Shown here: positions 9,788 to 20,900 of the stretch, piece by piece | Numbering within the stretch: position 1 is the first letter of the stretch | Layout of the letters: each line of letters begins with the position of its first letter | Source: a candidate division WOR-3 bacterium | Lineage (GTDB): Bacteria > Hydrothermota > Tepidihabitantia > Tepidihabitantales > CAIPLT01 | DNA: 53,825 nt | Direction: 5' to 3' | NCBI GenBank assembly: GCA_965649215.1 | Contig: CBFGJZ010000009.1 | Span: 1-53,825, forward strand | Notes under the pieces: generated by a model | The model's database searches: none | What the model was told of the DNA's origin: nothing | The model's input: the letters and a program-made list of their open reading frames with translations, nothing else | Program-made: the position numbers and the translations under genes

Positions 9788-12625
9788 CTATTCAACAATT
9801 ACTTTCGCGATCGTACTTGTGTTGTTAACTTCACATTTTACAAAGTAAATCCCTTGAGCAAGATTGTTTAGCGTTAAAGTATAATAACCCGCATTCAGAT
9901 AATCCCTAAGAAGTACTTTTTCTCGTTGACCGGTGATATTATACAGCACTATTTTAACATTGCCCGTATTCGGAATTTGATAATAAATAGTGGTATGATT
10001 AAAACTTGGATTCGGAGAGATAATCAGGGTCGGTTTCGCATTTAGCTTATTGGTAGTTATATTTGGTATGGTATTAGTCTTAGCCGCTTTACTGCCACCA
10101 ATTGTATAACACCAGAAATCGGGTTGTTTATTACCCACTAACAGCCAGATTTTACCATCTGCATAAGCCATTGCTGCGCCTGTTTTCGGTGCGTGTTTCT
10201 TATCATCAACAGGAATTGACTCTAATCTTTGCCAAACTTCGGTATTTGGATTATATCGCCAGAAAACATCTGTGCCATTTCCTTTAATCGCATAGACATA
10301 GTCACCCCCTGCTGCTAAACAAGCACCGTCTTTCACTAATACTTTTTTCTTGTATTTACCAAAAACTGTATCTGGTTCGGGGATAACTGGCTTTGTTATC
10401 CAAGAATCACCATTTATCACATACTCAAAGAATTTATTAGTTTTATCGCCACCTTTTATCGCATAGATAACTCCATTCAATACTGTCATTGCTGTTCCTG
10501 CTTTGAGTGGCTTTGAAGTTGGAGTACATTCTAAACCTTCCCGAACAATCCAAGTATCATTTGCGACATCATAAGCATAGAAATTGGTTGAGTCAGTCGG
10601 TTTATGACCACCGGTCAAGATATAAACCCTTCCGTTACTATATGCTAAAGCAGTACCAATCTTAAGTTTCTTCGGACTCGGCACTGGTTTTAAACTTCGC
10701 CAACGTGTATCGTCTATATTATAGACCCAAAAATCCCAAGTACCATTACCACGAGTTGCATAAATTAGACTATCACCGTTATAACAAAGTGCGGCACCTT
10801 TACCAATATATTTCTTATTTATCTCTTGATTCGGATATTTAAAGCCAAATGGTAATGATTCCCGAGTCTCCCAACTATTCGTAGCAATCGTATATTTTCT
10901 AAAGACATTAGTTTTAGTGCCAATAAACGCATACAGATAATCATCACCGACTCCAACCAATGCGCCACCTTCTTTGATTACTTTTTCCACTGATGGTGTT
11001 AGGTTAGTATTAACTGGTGCTTTTGATATCCATCCTGAAGTTAGTGCTGAAAAATAAGCAGCAATCGTATGATTATCAGTAACATTTTCAAAAGTATATT
11101 GAGTCAGGACTCCTTGATTTACACCATCAACTAATACGCTGTCAATTTGGTAACCAATATTAGCAGTAATCGTAAAAGTAGTATCGGCCCCATATTCAAC
11201 AATGACCGTGCCTGATGGTGTGATTGTGCCATTGCCATAAGCAGTCGCAATAATTGTTTTCGGTCCATATTCAGTTAGTAACCAATTGCTAAAATTAACA
11301 TAGTCACTTACTGTATCACCTTGTCCGCTTGGATTTAAAGTCGCATGATAAGGACCTGAAGCGTGTCCCCACCAACAATTCTGTAAATCAGCCGCCGGGG
11401 CATTGTTCTTAACAACGCCATAATGATTACCGAAAATATTATTGTAAACCCCATTCACATTCACACCAGTTTGATATAGCGAAAAACCATAATCCCAATC
11501 GGATAAGTTATTCCGATTAGCAGTTATATTAAAAGTATGAGTGCCACCATTATAAACCCAGATTCCTTCAGTGTCCTGTTCGTCATCGCCTATAATTGAA
11601 TTTTGATTGACGGTATAATTATATACATCTTTACTTGGCATTATTGCATCTGAATCAAAAGGTAAAGCCAGTGGTCTTTTGTCAGTTGCTTTTGACCATG
11701 CCGCCATACCAATTCCACCCGCCCAACCTGTGTTCGGACCTTTAACAGGCGAGATAATTGTATTATCTAATACATTGGCTGATGATGTGTACTCAAAATG
11801 AATCGCACTCTCATTGCCTTCAAATACATTATTTGTAACGCTTACATTTGCTGCCTCATAACCTAACACACCACAAGCGCACCAAGTTGAAGTTCCACCG
11901 CTAACGTTATCTTTAATATAATTATGCGCGACAGACCCTGTCGAGCTATATCCAAATTGAATTCCACCGCCCGCATAAGTATAGGAGACAATGCCTAAAC
12001 CGATAATTGAATCATGATGAAAATTACCAGTAGCATAGGCACCATTACAAACTATTCCAAATTTTGTATAATCTTTGATTTTTGAATGAGCGATTTCAAC
12101 CACTGATCCAGGCTCCCAGACATCAGAAAAGTAAAAGGCATTAATATAAGCAGATAGCGATATGACAAATCCTTCAATTATCACATTTGCAATTATTCCA
12201 CCACTCTCACGAAATTGGATTCCGCCCAACATATTTGCTCCAGCTGGCATTGTGGTAATACCTGAACCATCAATTTTGAGATTTTGAATAACAACCGGTC
12301 CTACACTAGCTACGGAATCAACCACAAATATTGCCGCTGTATTCTGAGTAAATGAATTATATCTTGGGAAAAGTTGAGGAATTGAAGTTGGACAAATTAC
12401 TGTCGTTGGACCTTCCCCAATGAATGTTAATGCTTTGCGATTTGTGCCAGTTAAAGTTACTTGCTCGGGATAAGTTCCCGCAGCAATTTGAATCGTATCA
12501 CCGTTGGTTGCTGCTGTGATTGCCTGTTGGATCGTTAAATAATCAGTAGGCACATTGATGACGGTCGCAGAAGCAACTGCGCTAAAAATAATAAGTAGGA
12601 TTATTATTTTTTTGGTGTGAAACAT
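9788..12625 (-). CDS. Secreted protein: pectin-lyase-like parallel beta-helix, one Ig-like repeat, Kelch-like propeller, T9SS-type C-terminal domain
   Basis: N-terminal VPTDYLTIQQAITAATNGDTIQIAAGTYPE typical of right-handed beta-helix proteins; NCWWGHASGP; Kelch-like blades; SPNP...LYNITGQ...GIYFVK. RBS AGGAGG. Confidence 0.85.
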   Translation of the reverse strand: MFHTKKIIILLIIFSAVASATVINVPTDYLTIQQAITAATNGDTIQIAAGTYPEQVTLTGTNRKALTFIGEGPTTVICPTSIPQLFPRYNSFTQNTAAIFVVDSVASVGPVVIQNLKIDGSGITTMPAGANMLGGIQFRESGGIIANVIIEGFVISLSAYINAFYFSDVWEPGSVVEIAHSKIKDYTKFGIVCNGAYATGNFHHDSIIGLGIVSYTYAGGGIQFGYSSTGSVAHNYIKDNVSGGTSTWCACGVLGYEAANVSVTNNVFEGNESAIHFEYTSSANVLDNTIISPVKGPNTGWAGGIGMAAWSKATDKRPLALPFDSDAIMPSKDVYNYTVNQNSIIGDDEQDTEGIWVYNGGTHTFNITANRNNLSDWDYGFSLYQTGVNVNGVYNNIFGNHYGVVKNNAPAADLQNCWWGHASGPYHATLNPSGQGDTVSDYVNFSNWLLTEYGPKTIIATAYGNGTITPSGTVIVEYGADTTFTITANIGYQIDSVLVDGVNQGVLTQYTFENVTDNHTIAAYFSALTSGWISKAPVNTNLTPSVEKVIKEGGALVGVGDDYLYAFIGTKTNVFRKYTIATNSWETRESLPFGFKYPNQEINKKYIGKGAALCYNGDSLIYATRGNGTWDFWVYNIDDTRWRSLKPVPSPKKLKIGTALAYSNGRVYILTGGHKPTDSTNFYAYDVANDTWIVREGLECTPTSKPLKAGTAMTVLNGVIYAIKGGDKTNKFFEYVINGDSWITKPVIPEPDTVFGKYKKKVLVKDGACLAAGGDYVYAIKGNGTDVFWRYNPNTEVWQRLESIPVDDKKHAPKTGAAMAYADGKIWLLVGNKQPDFWCYTIGGSKAAKTNTIPNITTNKLNAKPTLIISPNPSFNHTTIYYQIPNTGNVKIVLYNITGQREKVLLRDYLNAGYYTLTLNNLAQGIYFVKCEVNNTSTIAKVIVE

Positions 12626-12803
12626 AATACCTCCTAATTATTATTTTTAAACCTCTGTCAAAGATATATAATTTCTCTGACAAAGGATTATTACGGATAA
12701 CCTCTCCCGATTGTTTTCTTTCTATCGGGATACAACAAAATTTGATTGTTACAACACAATGCATTTTCCACTCCGCTACCCCGTTCCCCTGCCAAACAAA
12801 AGA

Positions 12804-12831
12804 ATTATACTTCAATTAATTATTTTGTCAA
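12804..12831 (-). promoter_or_regulatory. Consensus sigma70 promoter for 9788..12625
   Basis: Minus strand TTGACA (12831-12826), 16 nt, TATAAT (12809-12804). Confidence 0.7.
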
Positions 12832-12841
12832 GTAGTTTTGA

Positions 12842-13522
12842 TTAGCGTATTATCTTTCCTTGACATACCTTAACACAAACCCCACAAATATATTGACCGA
12901 CATAACCTTTCTTTTGAAACTCTTTTAATTTTTCAAAACATCTCAAATGATCAAAATCTTCCGGTCTCTCTTTAATGGCTTGAGCTGGACACACATTAAT
13001 GCACAGTCGACATTCATTGCAACCAAAATCTAATTGTTGAGAATCAAAATTAATAAATAATGCATTAGTTAACACCGTTACCAACCGAATCTGTGAGCCA
13101 TAATCAGAGGTCACTAATAAATTATTTCTTCCTAACCAACCTAATCCCGCAGCAATTGCAATTCTTTTATGCGAGAGATGTGCCCGTTGAGTCTTCCAAT
13201 CCACAATCTGAGATGCGGCGATTGGTAATGCTAAATATCCTTGGTTTTCTAAATAAAAAGCAACCTGCAATGCAATTCTATCTAATAAAGTATTAACTTG
13301 TCGGTAATGATGAAAATAAAGTAAAGTTGGATGGTCTTTAATATCTAATAAAACTCCCTCTAATAATTTTACCCCAATACTGATCGCAAAAGTAAATTTA
13401 CTTAATAATTCTGGTTCAATTAAAAAGTCATCTTTTTTAACCTTACTTAAATCTGCTATTCCCAAAATAGTTGCGCCTTTGTCAAAAATAAATTCTTTTA
13501 ATGCAGCATAATTTATGTTCAT
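12842..13522 (-). CDS. Epoxyqueuosine reductase (QueG)-like 4Fe-4S protein
   Basis: SHKRIAIAAGLGWLGRNNLLVTSDYGSQIRLVTVLT plus CxxCxxCxxxCP and a second cysteine cluster. The true substrate is uncertain. Confidence 0.8.
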   Translation of the reverse strand: MNINYAALKEFIFDKGATILGIADLSKVKKDDFLIEPELLSKFTFAISIGVKLLEGVLLDIKDHPTLLYFHHYRQVNTLLDRIALQVAFYLENQGYLALPIAASQIVDWKTQRAHLSHKRIAIAAGLGWLGRNNLLVTSDYGSQIRLVTVLTNALFINFDSQQLDFGCNECRLCINVCPAQAIKERPEDFDHLRCFEKLKEFQKKGYVGQYICGVCVKVCQGKIIR

Positions 13523-13538
13523 TTTTTATTTTTTATAT

Positions 13539-15404
13539 TTATTTTTCATTTCTTTTCAGATAGACCATTAAAGCAAAAATTGCGGCTGGTGTCACTCCTG
13601 ATATTCGTTGCGCCTGACCTAAATTAAGTGGCCTCTGTTTTGTCAATTTCTCTTTTATTTCATTAGACAATCCCGCAACTTTATAAAAATCAAGAGTTGC
13701 TGGTATTTTTATCGTTTCTAATTCTTTAAATTTTTCAATCTGATTCATCATTCTTTCAATATAACCTTGATATTTGACAGTAATTTCTACATTCCACAAA
13801 ATATTATCAGAAACTTTTGCTAATTGTTCATTTTCAGTCAGTTTCATTAAATCTTGATAATTGATTTCTGGTCTGCGTAATAACTCTTCTAAAGTAACTG
13901 CGTGTTTTAACGGTGTGGAATTTAACTCTTTTAATTTACTATTAATACTCACGGATGGATTAATGCGCTTATTTTTTAAATATTCTAAAATATCTTTTAT
14001 CGCTCTTTCTTTGGAAAGTACTTTTTGATAGTTATGTTCTGAAATTAATCCCAGTTGATAACCTTTAGGAGTTAGCCGTAAATCGGCATTATCTTCTCGT
14101 AAAATCAAGCGATATTCAACCCGTGATGTGAACATCCGATATGGTTCATTCGTACCTTTGGTAATTAAATCATCAATCATAACTCCAATGTATGCTTCGG
14201 AACGAGATAAGATAAACTCTGATTTATCTAATGCTCGCAAGGCTGCGTTAATCCCTGCAATCAGACCTTGAGCAGCGGCTTCTTCATAACCCGTTGTGCC
14301 ATTTATCTGACCCGCTAAATATAAATTGCGATACAAACGAGTTTCTAAAGTCATCTGTAATTGAGTTGGGTCAACATAATCATGCTCAATCGCATAGGCA
14401 GGCCTGGTTATTTCAACTTTTTCCAATCCTTTAATAGTTCGTAACATCTTAATTTGATATTCAATTGGTAGACTGGTTGAAATTCCATTCGGATAATATT
14501 CATAAGTATTTAAACCTTCGGGTTCAAGAAAAATTTGATGCCGATCACGGTCCGCAAACCGCACAATCTTATCTTCAATTGATGGACAATAGCGGACACC
14601 GGTACCTTTGATAATTCCTGCGTATAATGGTGAATATTTTAAACCATTTTTAATGATTCGATGGGTTTTAAGATTCGTGTAAGTTATATAGCATGGTTTA
14701 TAATTTTTAACTTCTGTTTCGGTCCAGAATGAAAATGGGATGGGTTTTTCGTCACCATATTGAGCTTCTAATTTATTAAAATCAATCGTTCTGCCATCCA
14801 AACGAGCAGGTGTTCCTGTCTTAAACCGTCCAATTCTAAAACCCAAATCAGCTAAATTTTCGGATAACTCATTCGCGGGATTTTCACCATATCTTCCCGC
14901 AGGAAAATGCAAGAGACCAATATGAATTAAACCATGTAAAAATGTTCCTGGTGCTAGCACAATTGTCTTCGCTAAAAACTTTTCTTTACTTTCTGTAAGA
15001 ACCCCAATCGCAGTCTTGCCTTTAACTAAGACTTTAATTACTTTTGCATTGCGGAGCTGCAAGTTAGGTTCTGTTTGTAAGACAACTAACATATTCATTT
15101 TATATTGATTCCGATCAGTTTGGGCTCGCGAAGAATGTACGGCTTGACCTTTTTTGGTATTTAATTGACGATATTGAATCGCACTGCGGTCGGTATTTTT
15201 CGCGATTTCACCACCTAAAGCGTCAACTTCTCGCACCAATTGACCTTTCCCAATTCCGCCCACCGCAGGATTACACGACATTAAACCAATTGAATCAATA
15301 TTCATTGTTAATAACAATGTTTGACAACCCATTCTAGCCGCAGCTAACGAAGCTTCAATGCCCGCATGGCCACCGCCCACAACAATCACATCATACTTTT
15401 GCAT
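13539..15404 (-). CDS. mnmG: tRNA uridine-5-carboxymethylaminomethyl modification enzyme MnmG (GidA)
   Basis: [60 protein letters not shown]. Start placed at MQKYD (15404) rather than 15467. Confidence 0.98.
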   Translation of the reverse strand: MQKYDVIVVGGGHAGIEASLAAARMGCQTLLLTMNIDSIGLMSCNPAVGGIGKGQLVREVDALGGEIAKNTDRSAIQYRQLNTKKGQAVHSSRAQTDRNQYKMNMLVVLQTEPNLQLRNAKVIKVLVKGKTAIGVLTESKEKFLAKTIVLAPGTFLHGLIHIGLLHFPAGRYGENPANELSENLADLGFRIGRFKTGTPARLDGRTIDFNKLEAQYGDEKPIPFSFWTETEVKNYKPCYITYTNLKTHRIIKNGLKYSPLYAGIIKGTGVRYCPSIEDKIVRFADRDRHQIFLEPEGLNTYEYYPNGISTSLPIEYQIKMLRTIKGLEKVEITRPAYAIEHDYVDPTQLQMTLETRLYRNLYLAGQINGTTGYEEAAAQGLIAGINAALRALDKSEFILSRSEAYIGVMIDDLITKGTNEPYRMFTSRVEYRLILREDNADLRLTPKGYQLGLISEHNYQKVLSKERAIKDILEYLKNKRINPSVSINSKLKELNSTPLKHAVTLEELLRRPEINYQDLMKLTENEQLAKVSDNILWNVEITVKYQGYIERMMNQIEKFKELETIKIPATLDFYKVAGLSNEIKEKLTKQRPLNLGQAQRISGVTPAAIFALMVYLKRNEK

Positions 15405-15411
15405 TGATTTT

Positions 15412-15488
15412 ATTCTATGCTTAGTAAAAATAAAAGTCAAGTTAACTGAAATAATATCAATTGACAAACTTGAAATTTTTATTATAGT
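15412..15488. promoter_or_regulatory. Divergent promoters for mnmG and hppA
   Basis: Minus: TTGACT (15440-15435), 17 nt, TAGAAT (15417-15412). Plus: TTGACA (15461-15466), 16 nt, TATAGT (15483-15488). Confidence 0.6.
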
Positions 15489-15496
15489 TATAATCT

Positions 15497-17614
15497 ATGG
15501 AAAACTTATTTTATATTGCTCCAATTGGTTCAATAATTGCCTTGCTTTTCGCTTTGTATTTAGCCCTAAGAATCTTAAAGAAAAGCGAAGGCACACCTGC
15601 GATGGTAGAAGTTGCGCAAGCAGTAAGAGAAGGCGCGATGGCTTATCTTAAACAACAATATAAAGGTGTCAGTCTGTTTTTCTTAATCGTGTTTGTGCTC
15701 TTATTATTTTTAGCCCTGCGAGGCATGCAGGTTATTTTTGTACCGTTCGCATTTTTAACCGGCGGTTTCTTTTCGGGTCTGGCGGGTTTCATTGGTATGT
15801 CAATCGGAGTGCGCTCTAGTGCTCGTACTACGAACGCTGCAAAAAATAGCCTTAATGCAGGATTGCGGGTTGCCTTTTCCTCAGGAATGGTAATGGGCTT
15901 ATCGGTTGTTGGTTTAGGTCTTTTAGACTTAAGCATCTGGTATGCTATCTTAAATTGGTATTATTCTAATGCGCAAAATTTACCAATTGGTATAAGTAAA
16001 TTTGAAGCAATTACCTCAACAATGCTTGCTTTTGGAATTGGTGCCAGTTCGCAAGCTCTCTTTGCTCGCGTTGGCGGCGGTATTTTTACCAAAGCGGCTG
16101 ATGTTGGAGCAGATTTGGTTGGTAAAGTTGAAGCCAATATTCCTGAAGATGACCCTCGAAATCCTGCAGTTATTGCCGATAATGTAGGTGACAATGTTGG
16201 TGATATTGCCGGCATGGGTGCTGACCTTTATGAATCTTATGTTGGTTCGATTGTTGCCAGTATGGCTTTAGCTGCGACTGCCGGTTTAGGAGTGCGGGGT
16301 GTTTTATTTCCAATGATTATTGCCGGCATCGGTGTTGTTTCGTCTATCCTTGGCAACTTTCTTGTCCGCGCCAAAGAAAAAGCTGAACAAAGTGTTCTCT
16401 TAGCAGCCCTTAGAAAAGGTATCTATGGCTCTGCTGTTGTCGTTGCCATTCTCAGTGTTATCATGTGTCGAATTATGCTCGGTAGTAATTATGTCGTTTA
16501 TTGGGCAATCCTCTCAGGTCTTTTAGCCGGTGTCATTATCGGCTTCTTCACTGAATTCTTTACTTCTGATTCTTACCGACCAACTCGAGGGATTTCTCAA
16601 GCTGCCACAACTTCACCTGCTACGGTGATAATTGAAGGCATGTCAGTCGGTATGCTTTCCACAACTGCGATTGTCGCAGTTGTTGCAATTGCTATCGTAA
16701 CCAGTTATTATTTAGCAGGCGGTTTTCATAATCCAGCCATGGGACTTTATGGTATTGGCATCTCTGCGGTCGGTATGCTCTCTACCTTAGGAATTACTTT
16801 AGCTACTGATGCTTATGGTCCAGTTGCTGATAATGCCGGTGGCAATGCCCAAATGACGAATCAAGAGCCAATTGTCCGTGAACGAACTGATGCTCTTGAC
16901 GCATTAGGTAATACGACCGCTGCAACCGGTAAAGGTTTTGCAATTGGTTCAGCTGCACTAACTGCACTTGCTCTAATCGCTGCCTATCGAGATGAAGTCC
17001 GCTTAACTAGCTTGCGTATCTTTGGGATGGCAAAAGAACTTGACACTACCTTAATGAATCCTCGATTAATCGCTGGTCTTTTAATCGGAGCGATGATGCC
17101 TTATGGTATCGCGGCTTTAATTATGAAAGCAGTTGGCAGGACTGCCAGTAAAATTGTTGAAGAAGTCCGAAGACAGTTTCGTGAAATTAAAGGACTCTTA
17201 CAAGGTACTGCCAAAGCGGATTACGCTCGCGCTGTAAAAATCTGTACCGCTGCTGCCCAAAAAGAAATGATCACCCCATCACTAAGTGCAATTCTAATTC
17301 CGATTATTGTCGGTATCTTTTTAGGTATTGAAGCAGTTGTCGGTCTTTTGTCAGGTGCTCTTGCTTCGGGTTTTGTATTAGCCATTATGATGGCAAATTC
17401 GGGCGGCGCTTGGGACAATGCTAAAAAATACATTGAAAAAGGAAATTTTGGTGGCAAAGGTTCGCAAACTCATAAAGCAAGCGTTGTTGGTGATACTGTC
17501 GGTGATCCTTTTAAAGATGCAGCAGGTCCTTCACTAAATATTTTAATCAAACTTATGTCAATGGTTTCAATCGTTTTCCTTGGCTTTATTTTACGATTTA
17601 CTCTCTTTAAGTAG
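15497..17614 (+). CDS. hppA: Membrane pyrophosphatase, K+-dependent type (probably Na+-translocating)
   Basis: GGGIFTKAADVGADLVGKVE, DNVGDNVGD, GGAWDNAKKYIE, GDTVGDPFKD. GNTTAA (Ala, not Lys) marks the K+-dependent class; ion specificity is inference. Confidence 0.96.
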   Translation: MENLFYIAPIGSIIALLFALYLALRILKKSEGTPAMVEVAQAVREGAMAYLKQQYKGVSLFFLIVFVLLLFLALRGMQVIFVPFAFLTGGFFSGLAGFIGMSIGVRSSARTTNAAKNSLNAGLRVAFSSGMVMGLSVVGLGLLDLSIWYAILNWYYSNAQNLPIGISKFEAITSTMLAFGIGASSQALFARVGGGIFTKAADVGADLVGKVEANIPEDDPRNPAVIADNVGDNVGDIAGMGADLYESYVGSIVASMALAATAGLGVRGVLFPMIIAGIGVVSSILGNFLVRAKEKAEQSVLLAALRKGIYGSAVVVAILSVIMCRIMLGSNYVVYWAILSGLLAGVIIGFFTEFFTSDSYRPTRGISQAATTSPATVIIEGMSVGMLSTTAIVAVVAIAIVTSYYLAGGFHNPAMGLYGIGISAVGMLSTLGITLATDAYGPVADNAGGNAQMTNQEPIVRERTDALDALGNTTAATGKGFAIGSAALTALALIAAYRDEVRLTSLRIFGMAKELDTTLMNPRLIAGLLIGAMMPYGIAALIMKAVGRTASKIVEEVRRQFREIKGLLQGTAKADYARAVKICTAAAQKEMITPSLSAILIPIIVGIFLGIEAVVGLLSGALASGFVLAIMMANSGGAWDNAKKYIEKGNFGGKGSQTHKASVVGDTVGDPFKDAAGPSLNILIKLMSMVSIVFLGFILRFTLFK

Positions 17615-17957
17615 AACGCATAAATATACAATATAAATTATATAGAAATCTTCTACCCCCCAGTAATATCAGAATAATTTTATGATAAAAGATATTTTCT
17701 TGTTTATTATGCTTTGAAATTCAATAATTTATAAATTTATTCGGTTTTTGAAAAAGTCTTGACAAATGAAATAATTATATTAATATTATTATGATTAGAG
17801 TTAAAAAATTGAGCAGTACAAATTAATTGCGTTACAAAATTAGGTTGAGATAAATTCAGAAAGTTAAAATTGATAGTAAAAAATTATGCAAGATGAAATT
17901 TATGTATTGCGATAAAATTAGAAATTTAGAAAATAAAAAATCAGAGAGGGGGAACTT

Positions 17958-20900
17958 ATGAAAAAAGTTCTCATATTATCGCTAATTTTTACAAGCTTGA
18001 TTTTTAGCCAAGTTTTACAAGAATCATTTTCAGGACCAGTATTTCCACCGGAAGGATGGAGCGTATATAACTTAGAAGATAGTACTGCACCGCGGGATAA
18101 ATCAGTATGGCAACAAGATGGAAGAGGACCACATACTGAACCGGGTTGTGCTTTCTGTCCTAAATCATATGCCGGTGGCAATAGCAATCCAACTGGTCCA
18201 AATGACGATTGGTTAGTAACCCCACGACTATATCCATCAGAAGCTGCTTATAATTTAACTTTCTATTATCGTGGATACACTCCAAATCAGAAAGAAAGTC
18301 TTGAAGTATGGGTTTCTCGAGCTGGTAATACTCCGAATGACTTTAAAAATCCTGCTACAGGTTATCGAGTTGATGCTTTGGCCATCTATACTTGGGATTA
18401 TACAATGAGAGTTGTTTCGTTATCATCGTTTATCAATCAACCCGTTTATGTGGCTTTCCGTTATTGCTCTAACAATCCTAATCGTCATGGTGTTTTTATT
18501 GATGATGTTAATACCGACTCAATACCTTATTATCCACCAATTTATCGAGTACCTCTTGATGTTGGTGTTATCGAGATCAAACAACCCGAAGCAATTATTA
18601 CGCCAACTCCTTTCACACCCCGAGCAACAGTAAAAAATTATGGTCCTAATCCTGCTACCTTTGAAACAAAATGTTTTATTTATAATCAAGCAGGAACTGC
18701 AACTTATTATACGAAGAATGTTGTTGTAACGGCTTTGCCCTATAATCAAATCGTTGATGTAAGTTTTCCTGAAACAACTCTTGCAGCAGGATTTTACAAG
18801 ATAAAATTTAAAACTTATTTAGCGGGTGACCAAAATCCACTTAATGACGAGATGATAAGAGACTTCCAAGTATTAAATCCAACTTATCACGATGTTGGAG
18901 TCACTACAATTTTCAAACCAGTAAACGAAATTTCTGAACCGACAGTCCTACCCAAAATTGAAGTTCGTAATTTTGGTTCACAAACTGAAAATTTCCGAGT
19001 TAGAATTGAAATTAAAAACACTAACAATCATACTACTGTCTATTTTGATACGGCTTGGATTACATTACCGCCGCTGGTCAATAGTGAATTAGAATTTACG
19101 AAAATTTGGACACCAACCCCAACCCTGTATTCTTATGAAGTCAAAGCATTTACGCAACTTAGTAATGATAACAATCGCGCAAATGACACCTGTAGCGCAA
19201 TTGCCTTAGCACCACTCTATGATGCAAAAGTAACAACGATTTTTACTCCATTATATCCTGTCTACGAACCAACCCAAGAGATTACACCATCCGCTCAAAT
19301 CAGTAACCGAAGCTTTACATTAGATCCCGTAAATATTCCTTCCACATTCTCAATTATAAAAGTCAATGGTAATCAAGTCTACTCTCATTCTGTCTCAACC
19401 ACCATTAATTTCTGTGACGACGCCACAGTTGAATATAATCCTTGGGTGGCTGAAACCGGTTATTATGTAGTTAAATGTAAAGTTAACTTAACGGGTGACA
19501 ATAACCGCTCGAATGATTCGATTATAAAAGATTTATTTATTCCATTCCGTGATGTTAAGCCTCGAAAAATCGTTGTTCCGGCCGATAATTTTGTCAAACA
19601 GAGTATTGTCCCTCGTGCTATTATTGATAATAATAGCAACTATTACATCAATGCACCTATTGAAATGACGATTCGTCGCGGTAACAGCACAGTTGTTTGT
19701 GATACTAATTATGTGACGATTTTTGAAAATAGTTCAGGAATGGTATATTTTCCTGCTTGGATGCCTGATACCGGTTGGTATAACATAACATTCCGTCAGA
19801 TCTTTCCATACGATTTAGTACCGAGTAATGATATCATTTCGAAAAACTTTTATGTCCAAAATCCTACGATTGATTTAGAAATTGTCCAGATCAAAGCACC
19901 CAAAGACACAATCGCGATGGGACGTCAACCTTATCCACGAGTCATTGTACGTAATATTGGTGACGCACCAGTAACTGGTCCCGTTATAACTACCATTGAA
20001 AATCAATCAACTCGAACCTTAATCTATATTGATACTGTACTTATTACTACTCCTCTGTTGCCTAATACGGAACGAATTTTAACATTTGACCAATGTAACA
20101 GCCTTAATAATGTAGGTAACTATGAACTCGTATCAATTGCAGAAATTGAAGGTGATATAAACACTGCCAATAACACTAAAACATTAGATTTTGTTGTTTC
20201 CGGTTCTGCTAATCGTGATGTTGGCGTCAGCCTAATTGCTGAACCAAAAGGTTGTAAACCATTAGGTTTAATATCATCGATGGTGATTGTTCGCAATTAT
20301 GGTAGTACATTTGAAAACTTTGGAGTGCAATTAAAAATCTATCGTCGCAATCAAATTCTACCTTTATTTGCGCCGATTGTTAATGTTGAATTAGCACCAC
20401 AGCAAACTGAATTTGTATTCTTCCCACAATGGGCTTCAGATTTAGGTGATTTTATTGTCCGTTGTACAACTCTTTTAGAGGGCGATGTTAATGTCAGCAA
20501 TAATTATAAAGATACCCTTCTTTCAATTCGGCAAGATATTAGATATGGATGGGATAATCTTACTTCATTACCAAGTGCACAAAATGTTAAAGATGGTGGT
20601 GCCTTAACCATTATTCCTAATAAAGGTATTTATGCTTTTGTTGGTAATAAAACCAATATCTTTAAACACTATAATCCAGAAACTAACACTTGGACCGATA
20701 AAGCTCCAATTCCTAATAACATTTTTGCGGGTTCTGGTGCTGCGTTATGTAATGACGGCGACAATCGCATCTATGCAATCTTTGGAAATAATACTCGGTA
20801 TTTCTATACCTATGTTATTGACGAAGATGTTTGGTTGCCTTTAGACCAAGTACCTGGTGCTGATCCAACCAAACCGAAAAGAATTAAAGGTGGCGCCGGA

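Noticed and set aside
12582-12815. 77-aa ORF upstream of the beta-helix gene
   Set aside because: It begins inside the promoter spacer and overlaps the next gene; better explained as a 5' leader.
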